Assembly (NCBI GenBank): GCA_902626725.1
Contig: CACOGI010000004.1
Span: forward strand, 3,481-67,480
Reading direction: 5' to 3'
DNA: 64,000 nt
Source of the DNA: an uncultured Pelagibacteraceae bacterium
GTDB lineage: Bacteria > Pseudomonadota > Alphaproteobacteria > Pelagibacterales > Pelagibacteraceae
Each line of letters begins with the position of its first letter. The first letter of the stretch is position 1. Below are positions 47,707-58,166 of this stretch, piece by piece. A program made the position numbers and the translations under genes. A model generated the notes under the pieces. The model saw nothing but the letters and a program-made list of their open reading frames with translations. It was not told the DNA's origin and did not search any database.

Positions 47707-48923
47707 TTTAAATCAAAAATTTTTTTACAATTATTAATTCCATCATTTAATTTATCTAAATCATCTTTAGTATTATAAACTCCTAGAGATGCTCGCGCAC
47801 TTGCAGGAATACCTAATTTGTCGTGAAGTATTTGACAACAATGATGGCCAGCTCTTATAGCAACTCCAGTCTCATCCAGAATAGTGGCAATATCATGCGG
47901 ATGAACTCCCTCTACAGTGAAAGATAATACTCCACCTCGCTCTTTAGGGTTTCCGATTAGTTTCACAGAATTATTTTTTTTTAAAATTTCTTGCCCGTAT
48001 TCAATTAATTCTTTTTCGTGTTTGATTATGTTTTCAATTCCAATACTTTCTAAAAATTTTATTGATTGATCAAATGCAATTACCTGTGCTGTCGCCATTG
48101 TTCCAGCCTCATATTTGTTTGGAAGTTCACCGTAAGAAATTCTATCTTTTTTTACTTCATTTATCATCCCTCCTCCTCCTTGGTATGGTGGTAGCTGCTC
48201 TAACCATTTCTTTTTTCCGTACAAAACTCCAAGTCCAGTTGGACCATACATTTTATGACATGAAATAGCATAAAAATCACAATCTAAGTCTTGCATATCT
48301 AATTTTAAATGTGGCCCTCCCTGACATCCATCTACTACAACGACAATGCCTTTTGAATGTGCTAATTGAGTTATCTCTTTAATGGGTAAAACTGCGCCAG
48401 TAACATTGGATAAATGTGTAATAGCTATTACTTTAGTTTTATCTGTAATTTCTTTCTCTATATTTTCAATTGGGATATCTCCATCTTCATTCATCTCTGC
48501 AAACTTTATTTTAATATTTTTGGATTTTCTTAAAAAATGCCACGGCACATAATTTGAATGATGTTCTAATTCTGTAATTAAAATTTCATCGTTTGGTTCC
48601 AAGATTTCTTGGCCCAACGTATTAGCAACTAAATTTAAAGCCTCTGTAGCACCTTTTGTAAATACAATTTCATTTTTATCTTTTGCATTTATATATTTTT
48701 GTACAGAAGTCCTCGTATTTTCATACAAATTAGTAGCTGCAACAGCCAAATAATGAATACTTCTTCCAACATTTGAAAATTGCTTTGAGTAAAAATCATT
48801 TATTCTGTCTAGAACGATCTTGGGCTTTTGAGATGAATTAGCACTATCCAAATAAACCAAATCATTATTTTGAATTTTTTCATCAAAAATTGGAAATTCT
48901 TTTTTAATGTTATCTATATTCAT
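47703..48923 (-). CDS. sufS: Cysteine desulfurase, SufS type
   Basis: YLDSA, EHHSN.VPW, HKMYGPTG, EAGT, RAGHHC. Confidence 0.93.
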   Translation of the reverse strand: MNIDNIKKEFPIFDEKIQNNDLVYLDSANSSQKPKIVLDRINDFYSKQFSNVGRSIHYLAVAATNLYENTRTSVQKYINAKDKNEIVFTKGATEALNLVANTLGQEILEPNDEILITELEHHSNYVPWHFLRKSKNIKIKFAEMNEDGDIPIENIEKEITDKTKVIAITHLSNVTGAVLPIKEITQLAHSKGIVVVVDGCQGGPHLKLDMQDLDCDFYAISCHKMYGPTGLGVLYGKKKWLEQLPPYQGGGGMINEVKKDRISYGELPNKYEAGTMATAQVIAFDQSIKFLESIGIENIIKHEKELIEYGQEILKKNNSVKLIGNPKERGGVLSFTVEGVHPHDIATILDETGVAIRAGHHCCQILHDKLGIPASARASLGVYNTKDDLDKLNDGINNCKKIFDLK

Positions 48924-50167
48924 TCTTTTAATCCAATAATATTTTTTATTAAATTTTTTATTTCTGAGTCTGTAATTTTTTCAACAACATCCAATAAAAA
49001 TCCACTGATTAAAAGTTCTTTTGATTGTTGATAATTTAAACCACGAGACATTAAATAAAAAATTGAGTCTTCATTCAGGCTTCCAGATGCTGATCCATGA
49101 GAACATTTTACATCATCAGCATAAATTTCTAATTCTGGTTTTGCATTGAACTCCGATGTTTCGTCTAATAATATTGCTTTACTCAACTGATACCCATCTG
49201 TTTTTTGAGCTTTTGAGTCAACGAATATTCTTCCTTGATACGCAGATTTTGAAAGCTTTCCTAAAACACTTTTTATAAGTTGATAACTCTTAGTGTTTTC
49301 AACTAAATGATTTATTGTAGTTCTAATTTCGTGCTGCTGATTTTCTTTCAAAGAAAAAACTCCATTAATAAATGCAGAAGAGTACTCGCCGTTTAAATTG
49401 CAATTAATTTCATTTTTAAAATAATCTGAACCAGCAGATAATATAAATGTTTCTGATATACTATTGTTACCCTGTTCAATATTATTAAATGAGTATTTTA
49501 AATTGTCATTTTTAAATTTGTCAATTTTATAATTTTTTAGAATGGAGTCTTTTTTTAAATTAAAGTTATAGAAAATGTTAATAAAGTTTTTAGTTGTGTT
49601 TTCGGTAAAAAAATCAATTAGTCTTAAGCAACTGTTTTCACCTAATTCAAAATCTAATCTCAAATTGATATTTGTTGAATTTATTTTATCATTTGTTGAG
49701 TGATAAATTATCAGTGGTTTATTTAAAGAATAATTTTTTTGAACTGAAATTTTAAAAATTTTATGAATAAATGCACTATTTAAATCAATTAACGAGTTTT
49801 CATAATTAAATGATATATCATTTTTAGTTTCATCTCTTATTTCAATTTTATTTTGATCCTCATAATTAAAATCTATTTTTTCTATTCTTCCATTAATAAA
49901 AATAATTTTATTATGTTCCAAACCATCAACAAAAATAGAAGAGTCTATTTTATTAGGTTGTGAATAATCATTAAAAAAACTTAAATTGTGAATATTTTTT
50001 TTAATAATTTGACTAATATCTAAAAACTTCCAATCTTCTTGCTTTCTATTTGGAAATCCACTTTTAATGAACTTATTTAAGTAATCTTTTTTTACTTGAA
50101 TTTCTTTCTCAGAAATTTTAAAGGTTTTTACTATTTTATCAAAATCTGTTTGTAATTGTTCACTCAT
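48920..50167 (-). CDS. sufD: Fe-S cluster assembly protein SufD
   Basis: EDWKF, AQKTDGYQ, KPELEIYADDVKCSHG, FYLMSRG. Confidence 0.93.
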   Translation of the reverse strand: MSEQLQTDFDKIVKTFKISEKEIQVKKDYLNKFIKSGFPNRKQEDWKFLDISQIIKKNIHNLSFFNDYSQPNKIDSSIFVDGLEHNKIIFINGRIEKIDFNYEDQNKIEIRDETKNDISFNYENSLIDLNSAFIHKIFKISVQKNYSLNKPLIIYHSTNDKINSTNINLRLDFELGENSCLRLIDFFTENTTKNFINIFYNFNLKKDSILKNYKIDKFKNDNLKYSFNNIEQGNNSISETFILSAGSDYFKNEINCNLNGEYSSAFINGVFSLKENQQHEIRTTINHLVENTKSYQLIKSVLGKLSKSAYQGRIFVDSKAQKTDGYQLSKAILLDETSEFNAKPELEIYADDVKCSHGSASGSLNEDSIFYLMSRGLNYQQSKELLISGFLLDVVEKITDSEIKNLIKNIIGLKE

Positions 50168-50902
50168 TTAATTAAAGCTTTCGTAACCTTTTTTTTCTAA
50201 TTCTATTGCTAATTCAGGACCACCAGATTTAATTATTTTTCCATTCATTAAAACATGAACAAAGTCTGGTTTAATATAATCTAGCAATCTTTGATAATGG
50301 GTTATTATTAAAAAGGAATTGTTTTTATTTCTCAAAGTATTAACCCCATCTGCAACTATTTTTAATGCATCTATATCCAAACCCGAGTCTGTTTCGTCTA
50401 AAATAGATAATTTAGGAGCCAACATAGACATTTGTAAAATTTCATTTTTCTTTTTTTCACCACCTGAAAACCCAACATTTAATTGTCTATTTAATTTTTC
50501 CTCGTCAAATTTTAATTCTTTAGCTTTTTCTTTTACTAACTTTAAAAATTCAATTGCATCTAATTCTTTTTCACCCCTTGCTTTTCTGATTGCATTTAAT
50601 GATGTTTTTAAAAATATATTTGTATTTACACCTGGTATTTCTAAAGGATATTGGAAAGCTAAAAATATTCCTTTGTGAGCTCTTTCCTCTGTCTCAAGAT
50701 CAAATAAATTTTTGTTTTCAAATAGGATTTCACCTGATATTTCATAACCTTTTTTTCCTGATAGAATGTTAGATAATGTACTTTTTCCTGAACCATTTGG
50801 ACCCATAATAGCGTGAACTTCGCCTGGGTTTATATTTAAAGAAAAACCCTTTAAAATAGACTTATTTTCGACATTCGCGTTTAAGTTACTTATTTTTAGC
50901 AT
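50168..50902 (-). CDS. sufC: Fe-S cluster assembly ATPase SufC
   Basis: GPNGSGKST, FSGGEKKKNE, LDETDSGLDIDAL, ITHYQRLL. Confidence 0.96.
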   Translation of the reverse strand: MLKISNLNANVENKSILKGFSLNINPGEVHAIMGPNGSGKSTLSNILSGKKGYEISGEILFENKNLFDLETEERAHKGIFLAFQYPLEIPGVNTNIFLKTSLNAIRKARGEKELDAIEFLKLVKEKAKELKFDEEKLNRQLNVGFSGGEKKKNEILQMSMLAPKLSILDETDSGLDIDALKIVADGVNTLRNKNNSFLIITHYQRLLDYIKPDFVHVLMNGKIIKSGGPELAIELEKKGYESFN

Positions 50903-52344
50903 TAACCAACACTCCCCTCTAAACTAATACCTACAAGCTTCTGTGCCTCGACTGCGAACTCCATCGGCAACTGTTGTAATACCTCTTTGCAAAAACCATT
51001 AACAATTAACCCAACAGCTTCCTCTGGATTCAATCCTCTTTGTTGGCAATAATGTAATTGTTCTTCACTAATCTTAGATGTTGTAGCCTCGTGTGCAATA
51101 TTTGAGTAAAAATTTTTGTTTTTTATATATGGGACTGTGTGTGCGCCGCATTTGTTTCCCATTAATAACGAGTCACATTGTGTATAATTACTAGAATTTT
51201 TAGCTTTTGAATTAATATCAACTAAACCTCTATAAGTCATATCTGAAAATCCAGCACTTATACCTTTAGAGATAATTTTACTTTTAGTATTTTTTCCTAA
51301 ATGAATCATCTTGGTACCAGTGTCAGCCTTTTGATGATTATTAGTAATCGCTATAGAATAAAATTCACCAATTGAATTATCACCTTTTAATATACAGCTT
51401 GGGTACTTCCAGGTTATAGCTGAACCTGTTTCGACTTGTGTCCAAGAAATCTTAGAATTTTTTCCCTTACACAATCCTCTTTTAGTAACAAAATTATAAA
51501 TTCCTCCTTTACCGTTTTCGTCACCAGGATACCAATTTTGTACGGTTGAGTATTTAATTTCTGCATCATCTAAAGCAATCAATTCAACATTAGCTGCATG
51601 TAATTGATTTTCGTCTCTCATTGGAGCAGTACATCCCTCGAGGTAACTCACGTAACTTCCTTTGTCAGCAATAATTAGTGTTCTCTCAAACTGTCCTGTC
51701 TCTGATGCATTAATTCTAAAATAAGTTGATAGCTCCATTGGGCACTTAACGCCTTCAGGAATGTAAACAAATGATCCGTCTGTAAAAACTGCAGAGTTTA
51801 GTGTAGCAAAGAAATGATCGGTAACTGGTATAACGGTACCTAAATATTTTTTTACAAGTTCAGGATGTTTTTGAATTGCCTCTGACATTGAACAAAAAAT
51901 TATACCATGTTTAGTTAATTCACCTTTGAAGGTAGTTGCTACTGAAACCGAGTCGAATACAGCATCCACAGCAATTCCGTTTAATCTTGCTTGCTCTTGC
52001 AATGGAATTCCAAGTTTTTTATATGTTTCTAAAAGTTTAGGGTCAAGCTCATCTAAGCTTTTAGGTTTATCCTTCATGCTTTTTGGTGCTGAGTAATAAT
52101 ATAAATCTTGATAATCAATTTTGGGATATTTTGGTTTTTGCCAATTTGGTTCTTTTAAAAGTTTTAATCGTTCATAGGCTTTTAATCTAAAATCTAACAT
52201 CCATTTTGGTTCTTTTTTAATATTAGAAATAAATTTAATTACATCTTCATTAAGTCCTTTAGGAGACTTAATATTTTCTATATCGGTGGTAAAACCATAT
52301 TTATAATCTTTTAAGTTTTCTATATCTTTTTCTCTTGAATCCAT
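50902..52344 (-). CDS. sufB: Fe-S cluster assembly protein SufB
   Basis: [41 protein letters not shown]. Start ATG 52344 (alternative 52362). Confidence 0.97.
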   Translation of the reverse strand: MDSREKDIENLKDYKYGFTTDIENIKSPKGLNEDVIKFISNIKKEPKWMLDFRLKAYERLKLLKEPNWQKPKYPKIDYQDLYYYSAPKSMKDKPKSLDELDPKLLETYKKLGIPLQEQARLNGIAVDAVFDSVSVATTFKGELTKHGIIFCSMSEAIQKHPELVKKYLGTVIPVTDHFFATLNSAVFTDGSFVYIPEGVKCPMELSTYFRINASETGQFERTLIIADKGSYVSYLEGCTAPMRDENQLHAANVELIALDDAEIKYSTVQNWYPGDENGKGGIYNFVTKRGLCKGKNSKISWTQVETGSAITWKYPSCILKGDNSIGEFYSIAITNNHQKADTGTKMIHLGKNTKSKIISKGISAGFSDMTYRGLVDINSKAKNSSNYTQCDSLLMGNKCGAHTVPYIKNKNFYSNIAHEATTSKISEEQLHYCQQRGLNPEEAVGLIVNGFCKEVLQQLPMEFAVEAQKLVGISLEGSVG

Positions 52345-52345
52345 T

Positions 52346-52771
52346 TTAAATTCTTTTTTCATTATTATTTTTAACCAAATCCTCTAAGCTTTTTTCCTTA
52401 AAAAAACTATTTATATGGTTCTCTAATTCATCCCAAAGATCATGTGTTAAACATTTTGTCGGTTTTCCATTGCATCCTCGTTTAGACTCTTTTTTACACT
52501 GGACAGTTTTAATTTTTTCATCAACAGCCTCAAAAATATTTGTAAGTTTAATCTCGTGAGCTTTTTTCTTTAGAACATAACCTCCTTGAGTTCCTCTAAT
52601 ACTTTGAACTATTTCTTTTTTTCTGAGTTTTAAAAAAATTTGTTCTAAATAATCTAGGGAAATACCCTGTCTTAAAGAAATGTCTCTAAGGGAAACTGGG
52701 TTAACATTATCAAATCTTGCCAGATCCACTAAAGCCATTACCGCATATCTGCCTTTAGTCGTAAGTTTCAT
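52346..52771 (-). CDS. iscR: Rrf2-family Fe-S regulator IscR
   Basis: [22 protein letters not shown], three Cys plus His (C-x7-C-x6-C-x2-H). Confidence 0.9.
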   Translation of the reverse strand: MKLTTKGRYAVMALVDLARFDNVNPVSLRDISLRQGISLDYLEQIFLKLRKKEIVQSIRGTQGGYVLKKKAHEIKLTNIFEAVDEKIKTVQCKKESKRGCNGKPTKCLTHDLWDELENHINSFFKEKSLEDLVKNNNEKRI

Positions 52772-52797
52772 AAACCTTTATTTTATTGGGTATATAT

Positions 52798-52822
52798 AAA
52801 CCCGACTAAAATAGTCAAGTAT
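52798..52822 (-). promoter_or_regulatory. Type-1 IscR binding site overlapping a TTGACT -35 element
   Basis: Minus strand ATACTTGACTATTTTAGTCGGGTTT matches 24/25 positions of the consensus ATASYYGACTRWWWYAGTCRRSTAT. Confidence 0.85.
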
Positions 52823-52904
52823 CATCTCTAAAAAAACACTAACATATTGTCACGCAGTTGTGATAAACCTAATTTTTTTTTGAGAATAGTAATCAATACT
52901 AATT

Positions 52905-53561
52905 ATGGATAATAAAATTTTAGAAATATTTATTCCTGGTCCTGCAGGGAGGTTAGAAGCAAAATATTACAAAAGTAAAAAACCTACTTCGCCAATAGCA
53001 TTAGTATTACAACCTCATCCTCAATATGGTGGGACAATGAATAATAAAGTTGTCGTAGAAGCTTTTCAAACATTTATGGAAAATGATTTTTCTGTTTGTA
53101 GAGTAAATTTTCGAGGAGTGGGAAAAAGTGATGGTGAATTCGATAATGGTCAAGGTGAACTAGCTGATGCGGCAGCAGCTTTAGACTGGTTAGAAAGAGA
53201 AAATTTTGATAATTCACAATGCTGGGTTTCGGGCTTTTCGTTTGGATCTTTAATAGCAATGCAGCTTTTAATGAGACGGCCTGAAATAAATAGATTTATA
53301 GCTATATCTCCTCAACCTAATGCTTATGACTTTTCTTTTTTGTCACCTTGTCCAACTTCTGGCTTAATGATTTATGGAAAAAAAGATGAACTTGTTCCAA
53401 TTGAATATATAAATGAATTAAACAAAAGATTGAGTTCTCAAAAAGGTATCAAAGTAGAATTCCAGGCAGTTCAAGATGCTAATCATTTTTTTTCTAAGAA
53501 TGAAAATAATTTAGTCAAAGAACTTGACAAATACATTAAAAAAGAAATTGCTCTCTATTAA
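52905..53561 (+). CDS. Alpha/beta hydrolase (conserved divergent neighbour of iscR)
   Basis: GPAGRLE, PHPQYGGTMNN, NFRGVG, GFSFG, ANHFF. Confidence 0.88.
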   Translation: MDNKILEIFIPGPAGRLEAKYYKSKKPTSPIALVLQPHPQYGGTMNNKVVVEAFQTFMENDFSVCRVNFRGVGKSDGEFDNGQGELADAAAALDWLERENFDNSQCWVSGFSFGSLIAMQLLMRRPEINRFIAISPQPNAYDFSFLSPCPTSGLMIYGKKDELVPIEYINELNKRLSSQKGIKVEFQAVQDANHFFSKNENNLVKELDKYIKKEIALY

Positions 53562-54703
53562 AAATTCTCAACTAAAACTCCACCTGTAACTGACTTCTTA
53601 CATCTGGTAGTATTTGGAAAAGAAATTGCCATGCCTTCTAAAGATCTTATAGCTAAATAAGCAAAAGCTTGTGACTCAATAAAATCTCCATCTATTTCAT
53701 ATTTATCTATAAGATCTATATCTAATTGTTCAAAATTATTTCTTATTTTTTCTATCAAAAATTTATTTTTTCTTCCTCCACCACATACTAACCATTTATT
53801 CGTAAATTCTTGATTAATTGTAGGTGAATTTTTCATTCCATCAGAAATAAGTTTTGCTGTGAAATCTGTGATGGTTGCAGCGCCATTTTCTAATGATAAA
53901 CCTTTTATAAAAAAAATATCAAAATCCTTCACATCTAAAGATTTTTCATATTTTAAATCTATATTAAAATTTTCTAAAGCTTGATTTAAAATTAATTGAT
54001 CAGTTTTGCCAGATCTGGCTATCAAACCTTTCTCATCATATTTTTTTTTTGAGCTTTTTTTAATCCAACTATCTATTAAACAGTTTCCAGGACCTATATC
54101 ATACGCATAAATTTCATTTTCAGCCAATGAATCTTCCCAATTAACTGTAGAGGTAAAATTTGCGATTCCACCTATATTTAAAATATTAATTGGAAATTTT
54201 AAATTAAACTTTTTGTTAATTTTATTTGCTACCGCATTATGAAAAATTGGTGTTAAAGGAGCCCCTTGCCCACCATTTTTTAAATCATTTTGTCTAAAGT
54301 TATAAATTACTTTTTTTTTCGTCAATTGAGATAACAATCTTCCATCACCTAGTTGTTTAGAAATTTTTTTTTCTGGTTTGTGAAATATTGTTTGTCCATG
54401 AAATCCAATCAAATCTATACCTAATTTTGAAATTTCAATTGTTTCTTTTACAGCCTTGGCATGAAATAAAGTAATTTCTCTCTCTAAATCGTTAATCTCA
54501 TCAAAATTAACTTGTAACTCTAAAGAATTTGAGATTTTGTCTCTAATTTTAGATATTTTTTGAATTAATTCTTTATCGTATTCAAAATATCTATCAATAA
54601 TTGGCAAATATTCCCTTTTACCATCTGATTCAATTATAGAGACGTCTACTCCATCTAATGAAGTGCCACTCATTAAGCCCATAGCTGTATAAATCTTTCC
54701 CAT
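53558..54703 (-). CDS. anmK: Anhydro-N-acetylmuramic acid kinase
   Basis: GLMSGTSLDGVD, GFHGQT, GGQGAPL, NIGGIAN, GPGN, CGGG, ESQAFA. Confidence 0.95.
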   Translation of the reverse strand: MGKIYTAMGLMSGTSLDGVDVSIIESDGKREYLPIIDRYFEYDKELIQKISKIRDKISNSLELQVNFDEINDLEREITLFHAKAVKETIEISKLGIDLIGFHGQTIFHKPEKKISKQLGDGRLLSQLTKKKVIYNFRQNDLKNGGQGAPLTPIFHNAVANKINKKFNLKFPINILNIGGIANFTSTVNWEDSLAENEIYAYDIGPGNCLIDSWIKKSSKKKYDEKGLIARSGKTDQLILNQALENFNIDLKYEKSLDVKDFDIFFIKGLSLENGAATITDFTAKLISDGMKNSPTINQEFTNKWLVCGGGRKNKFLIEKIRNNFEQLDIDLIDKYEIDGDFIESQAFAYLAIRSLEGMAISFPNTTRCKKSVTGGVLVENF

Positions 54704-54750
54704 TCTTATTTTTTTTTAATAAATATTGTATATTGTAGAATTATAGACAC

Positions 54751-55977
54751 ATGAATAAATTTTTAAAAGAATTTAAAGAAAGAGGGTATTTCTATCAATG
54801 TACAAATGAGGATGAATTATCTGAATTATTAGATAAAAAAAAGATAAAAGCTTATATTGGATTTGATTGCACTGCAGAAAGCCTTCATGTTGGAAGCTTA
54901 CTTCAAATAATGTGTTTGAGATTACTTCAACACCACGGTCATCAACCGATAGTCTTATTAGGTGGAGGTACAACAAGAATTGGTGACCCATCTGGTAAAG
55001 ATAAGACCCGAAAAATTCTTTCTGAAAAAGAGATTGAAAAAAATGCAAAAAATATTGAAAAAATATTAAAAAAATTCTTAGACTCAAAAAATAAAAAAGT
55101 AAAACCTATTTTTTTGAATAATTATAAATGGCTTAAAAATTTAAATTATATTTCTTTCTTAAGGAATATAGGAAAGCATTTTACAATAAACAAGATGTTA
55201 ACTTTCGATAGTGTTAAAGCTAGATTAGATAGAGAACAATCTTTAAGTTATATGGAATTTAATTACATGATCCTTCAGGCCTATGATTTTTTAGAATTAA
55301 ATAAAAAAGAAAATTGTATTCTTCAAATTGGTGGATCAGATCAATGGGGAAATATTGTTAACGGTGTTGATCTAATTAAAAGATACTCTGATCGACAAAC
55401 GTATGGTTTGACTACTCCACTTATTACTCTAGCATCTGGTGCAAAAATGGGCAAAACTGCTGATGGAGCCATTTGGTTAGATAAAAAATTTTTGTCCTCG
55501 TATGATTATTGGCAATTTTGGAGAAATACAGATGACAGAGATGTAATTAAATTTCTTAAATTTTTTACAGATGAAAAATTAGATGATATCGAAAATTTTA
55601 AAAATAATAATATAAATGATCTTAAGATCTTACTTGCAAATAAGGCGACTGAAATGCTTCATGGTAAAAAAGAAGCTCAAAATTCTGAAAATATAGCCAG
55701 GGAAACTTTTTCAGAAAATTCATCAGGATCAAACTTGCCATCTATTAAAATTAAAAGATCAATGATTAATAATTTAAATATCATTGACTTAGTAATTTTT
55801 TCTAAATTTGAGAATTCTAAAAGTGAAATAAGAAGATTGATTAAAGGTAAGGCGATAAAGATAAATAACAAAGTTATTGAGGATGATAAAACTTCGGCTG
55901 AGAACGCATTCTCGAATAATAATTTTTTAAAACTTTCAATTGGAAAAAAAAGACATATTAAAATTGAATTAATCTAA
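54751..55977 (+). CDS. tyrS: Tyrosine--tRNA ligase
   Basis: GFDCTAESLHVG, LQAYDF, GGSDQWGN, KMGKT, C-terminal S4 domain. Confidence 0.97.
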   Translation: MNKFLKEFKERGYFYQCTNEDELSELLDKKKIKAYIGFDCTAESLHVGSLLQIMCLRLLQHHGHQPIVLLGGGTTRIGDPSGKDKTRKILSEKEIEKNAKNIEKILKKFLDSKNKKVKPIFLNNYKWLKNLNYISFLRNIGKHFTINKMLTFDSVKARLDREQSLSYMEFNYMILQAYDFLELNKKENCILQIGGSDQWGNIVNGVDLIKRYSDRQTYGLTTPLITLASGAKMGKTADGAIWLDKKFLSSYDYWQFWRNTDDRDVIKFLKFFTDEKLDDIENFKNNNINDLKILLANKATEMLHGKKEAQNSENIARETFSENSSGSNLPSIKIKRSMINNLNIIDLVIFSKFENSKSEIRRLIKGKAIKINNKVIEDDKTSAENAFSNNNFLKLSIGKKRHIKIELI

Positions 55978-58166
55978 TTTTTTTTAATTTTTTCTAGAGT
56001 TCGTGTTATAAACCTTGGTGTTAATGTTTTAATTGGATTAACTGAAGATTCTAATTTTTTTGGAGGACCTTTAATTTTAAAACTTACTCCGAAAACTCCC
56101 TCACCAGTTTTTTTTCCTACAAGAATATCTCCAATTATAGGTATAGAACCAATTGCCTTATTAATTGTTGTAGCCGGTACCAAGGTTCCTCGCAAACTTA
56201 CCAATTTTTTTGGTTCAATATAACCTTCCATTAAAATTGAGATAGCTGGACCAATTGCATAGATCTCATTAATTGTCATAAGTTTGTCACTGTTTTCAAA
56301 ATTCATTTCAAATTCAGAAAATCCAATTCCTTCACCCGATAACAAATCAGCTATACCTTGAAGTGAAGCTAAAGTAAGAATTTTAGTTAACACCGGAAGC
56401 TTTTTTAATTTAAAATCATAGATCTTTAATTTTGAGTTACTTGTTTTATTAGATTTTATAGAATAAAAATCTAATGATCCTTTTTCAAAACCTTTGATAA
56501 AATTAAATTTTTGTACGAAAGGTTTTGCTTGATCTGAAAAAAAAGTTGTCACTTTCTGATCGTTATTAGTAATTATCGTAAAATTAATCTTTTCATTTTC
56601 ATTGAAATTAGATGAAATATTTGCACCTACTATTTTGTTGTCCTTAAAGTCTAAATTTCCTTTTAAGTCGTAGACTTTATGTTCATCATGCAAATAAACT
56701 TTTTTTATATCAATTTTAAGATTTAAATCTTCATTAAATATCTTATTATCTTTTATATCATCGAAAATTAAATCATTTATAAGTTTATTAGCATTAAAAA
56801 CATTTCCTAAAAGAATATAATCTTCTTTGATATTTTTAATCTGAAAAATATTTTTTTTATCCTGATTATCAGTAAATTTAAGATTTGCTGATTTCATACT
56901 CATTATTTTAAAGTCATTTGTTAATTTTAGGTTATCGATATCTATTAAATCTGAGCCACTTTTAAATTGAATATTTTTGAAAGATAATGATTTATCTTTT
57001 ATATGTTTGCCATCAAAAATTAATGTGGCTTCAGTTTTGTCATCTATTTTATAATCTAAAAAATCAAAAGTTATCGGATTATCTGATAAATTGAGTTTTA
57101 TATTAAATAGATTTGTATCTTTAGTTTTTTTGATTTTATAATCTACAGTATCAAAATTTTTTTGGATTAAAATATCGCCTTGACCTTTAACAAAAAAGTA
57201 ATTTTTCTGATAAATTAGTTCAGCTTGATGATTTTTAAAATTTATATCAGTTTGTGAATTTGGAAAGATATTCTTTGTATTTAAGATATTTTTGATTGAT
57301 GCTTCTTTTAAATCTAATAATGATTTAATTTCGTAGTCTAAAATTTTAAACTTATCATTTATTTCTAGAAAAAATTTATTTTCTGATGAAAACCTCAGTT
57401 TTTTTAAGTCTATTTTTAATATAGGGTTTAAAAAATTTTTTAATATTTCTTCAGATACATAAAAATCATTATTGTCAATTTGTCCCTCAATACTAAAAGA
57501 TTTTTTTTTGTTAATAAATTGAATTTTTTTTGAGGAAAAATTTAAATTTTCATAAGAAAACTCTAGGTCATTTATATTCAAATCTTTATCATTAGTCTCA
57601 AAAATAAAATTAATTTTATCAATACTCATCTTGTTCAAAAGATTAATTGAACCATCTTTAACAAAGCCATTGATTTTTATGTCCTTCTTTATTTTTCCTT
57701 GTTCATTAAAATTTAATGAAATATCAGCTATTAAATACCCTTTGCTGATAAAATTTTCTAAAATTAGAAGCTTAGTTTTATTATCTTTTTCTATTGCTCT
57801 AATAAATCCGATAACATCCTTTAATTTAATAGACTTTGTAGAAATAAATAAGTTGGACAACGAAAACTCTTTATTCAGAAGATTAACCAAAGATAAATTT
57901 GATTTAATCAACTCTATGTCTAATAGTTCATTATCATAAGAAATTGTAGATCCAAGTGTTTTTGCGTTAATATTTAAATTAAATAAATCTAAGATAATTT
58001 TTACTTCATTTAATTTAATATCTAGTTTTGGATCAACTCCTTTAAGATTATCTTTTATTTGTTTGTTAAATCTTTTTGTTTCAAAACCAACTAAACTAAA
58101 ATATCCAATGAAACTTATGACTAAAAAAAGAATTACTAAAAATAATTTTGTAAAAATTTTTGTCAT
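55974..58166 (-). CDS. Hypothetical AsmA/YhdP-like envelope protein
   Basis: N-terminal TM anchor, beta-rich body, C-terminal GTLVPA..N..IPIIG.IL.G..GEGVFG..F..GP..VNP motif. Confidence 0.7.
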   Translation of the reverse strand: MTKIFTKLFLVILFLVISFIGYFSLVGFETKRFNKQIKDNLKGVDPKLDIKLNEVKIILDLFNLNINAKTLGSTISYDNELLDIELIKSNLSLVNLLNKEFSLSNLFISTKSIKLKDVIGFIRAIEKDNKTKLLILENFISKGYLIADISLNFNEQGKIKKDIKINGFVKDGSINLLNKMSIDKINFIFETNDKDLNINDLEFSYENLNFSSKKIQFINKKKSFSIEGQIDNNDFYVSEEILKNFLNPILKIDLKKLRFSSENKFFLEINDKFKILDYEIKSLLDLKEASIKNILNTKNIFPNSQTDINFKNHQAELIYQKNYFFVKGQGDILIQKNFDTVDYKIKKTKDTNLFNIKLNLSDNPITFDFLDYKIDDKTEATLIFDGKHIKDKSLSFKNIQFKSGSDLIDIDNLKLTNDFKIMSMKSANLKFTDNQDKKNIFQIKNIKEDYILLGNVFNANKLINDLIFDDIKDNKIFNEDLNLKIDIKKVYLHDEHKVYDLKGNLDFKDNKIVGANISSNFNENEKINFTIITNNDQKVTTFFSDQAKPFVQKFNFIKGFEKGSLDFYSIKSNKTSNSKLKIYDFKLKKLPVLTKILTLASLQGIADLLSGEGIGFSEFEMNFENSDKLMTINEIYAIGPAISILMEGYIEPKKLVSLRGTLVPATTINKAIGSIPIIGDILVGKKTGEGVFGVSFKIKGPPKKLESSVNPIKTLTPRFITRTLEKIKKN

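Noticed and set aside
52835-52852. NrdR-box-like sequence ACACTAACATATTGTC
   Set aside because: Single, mismatched in the core, and no nrd gene adjacent.
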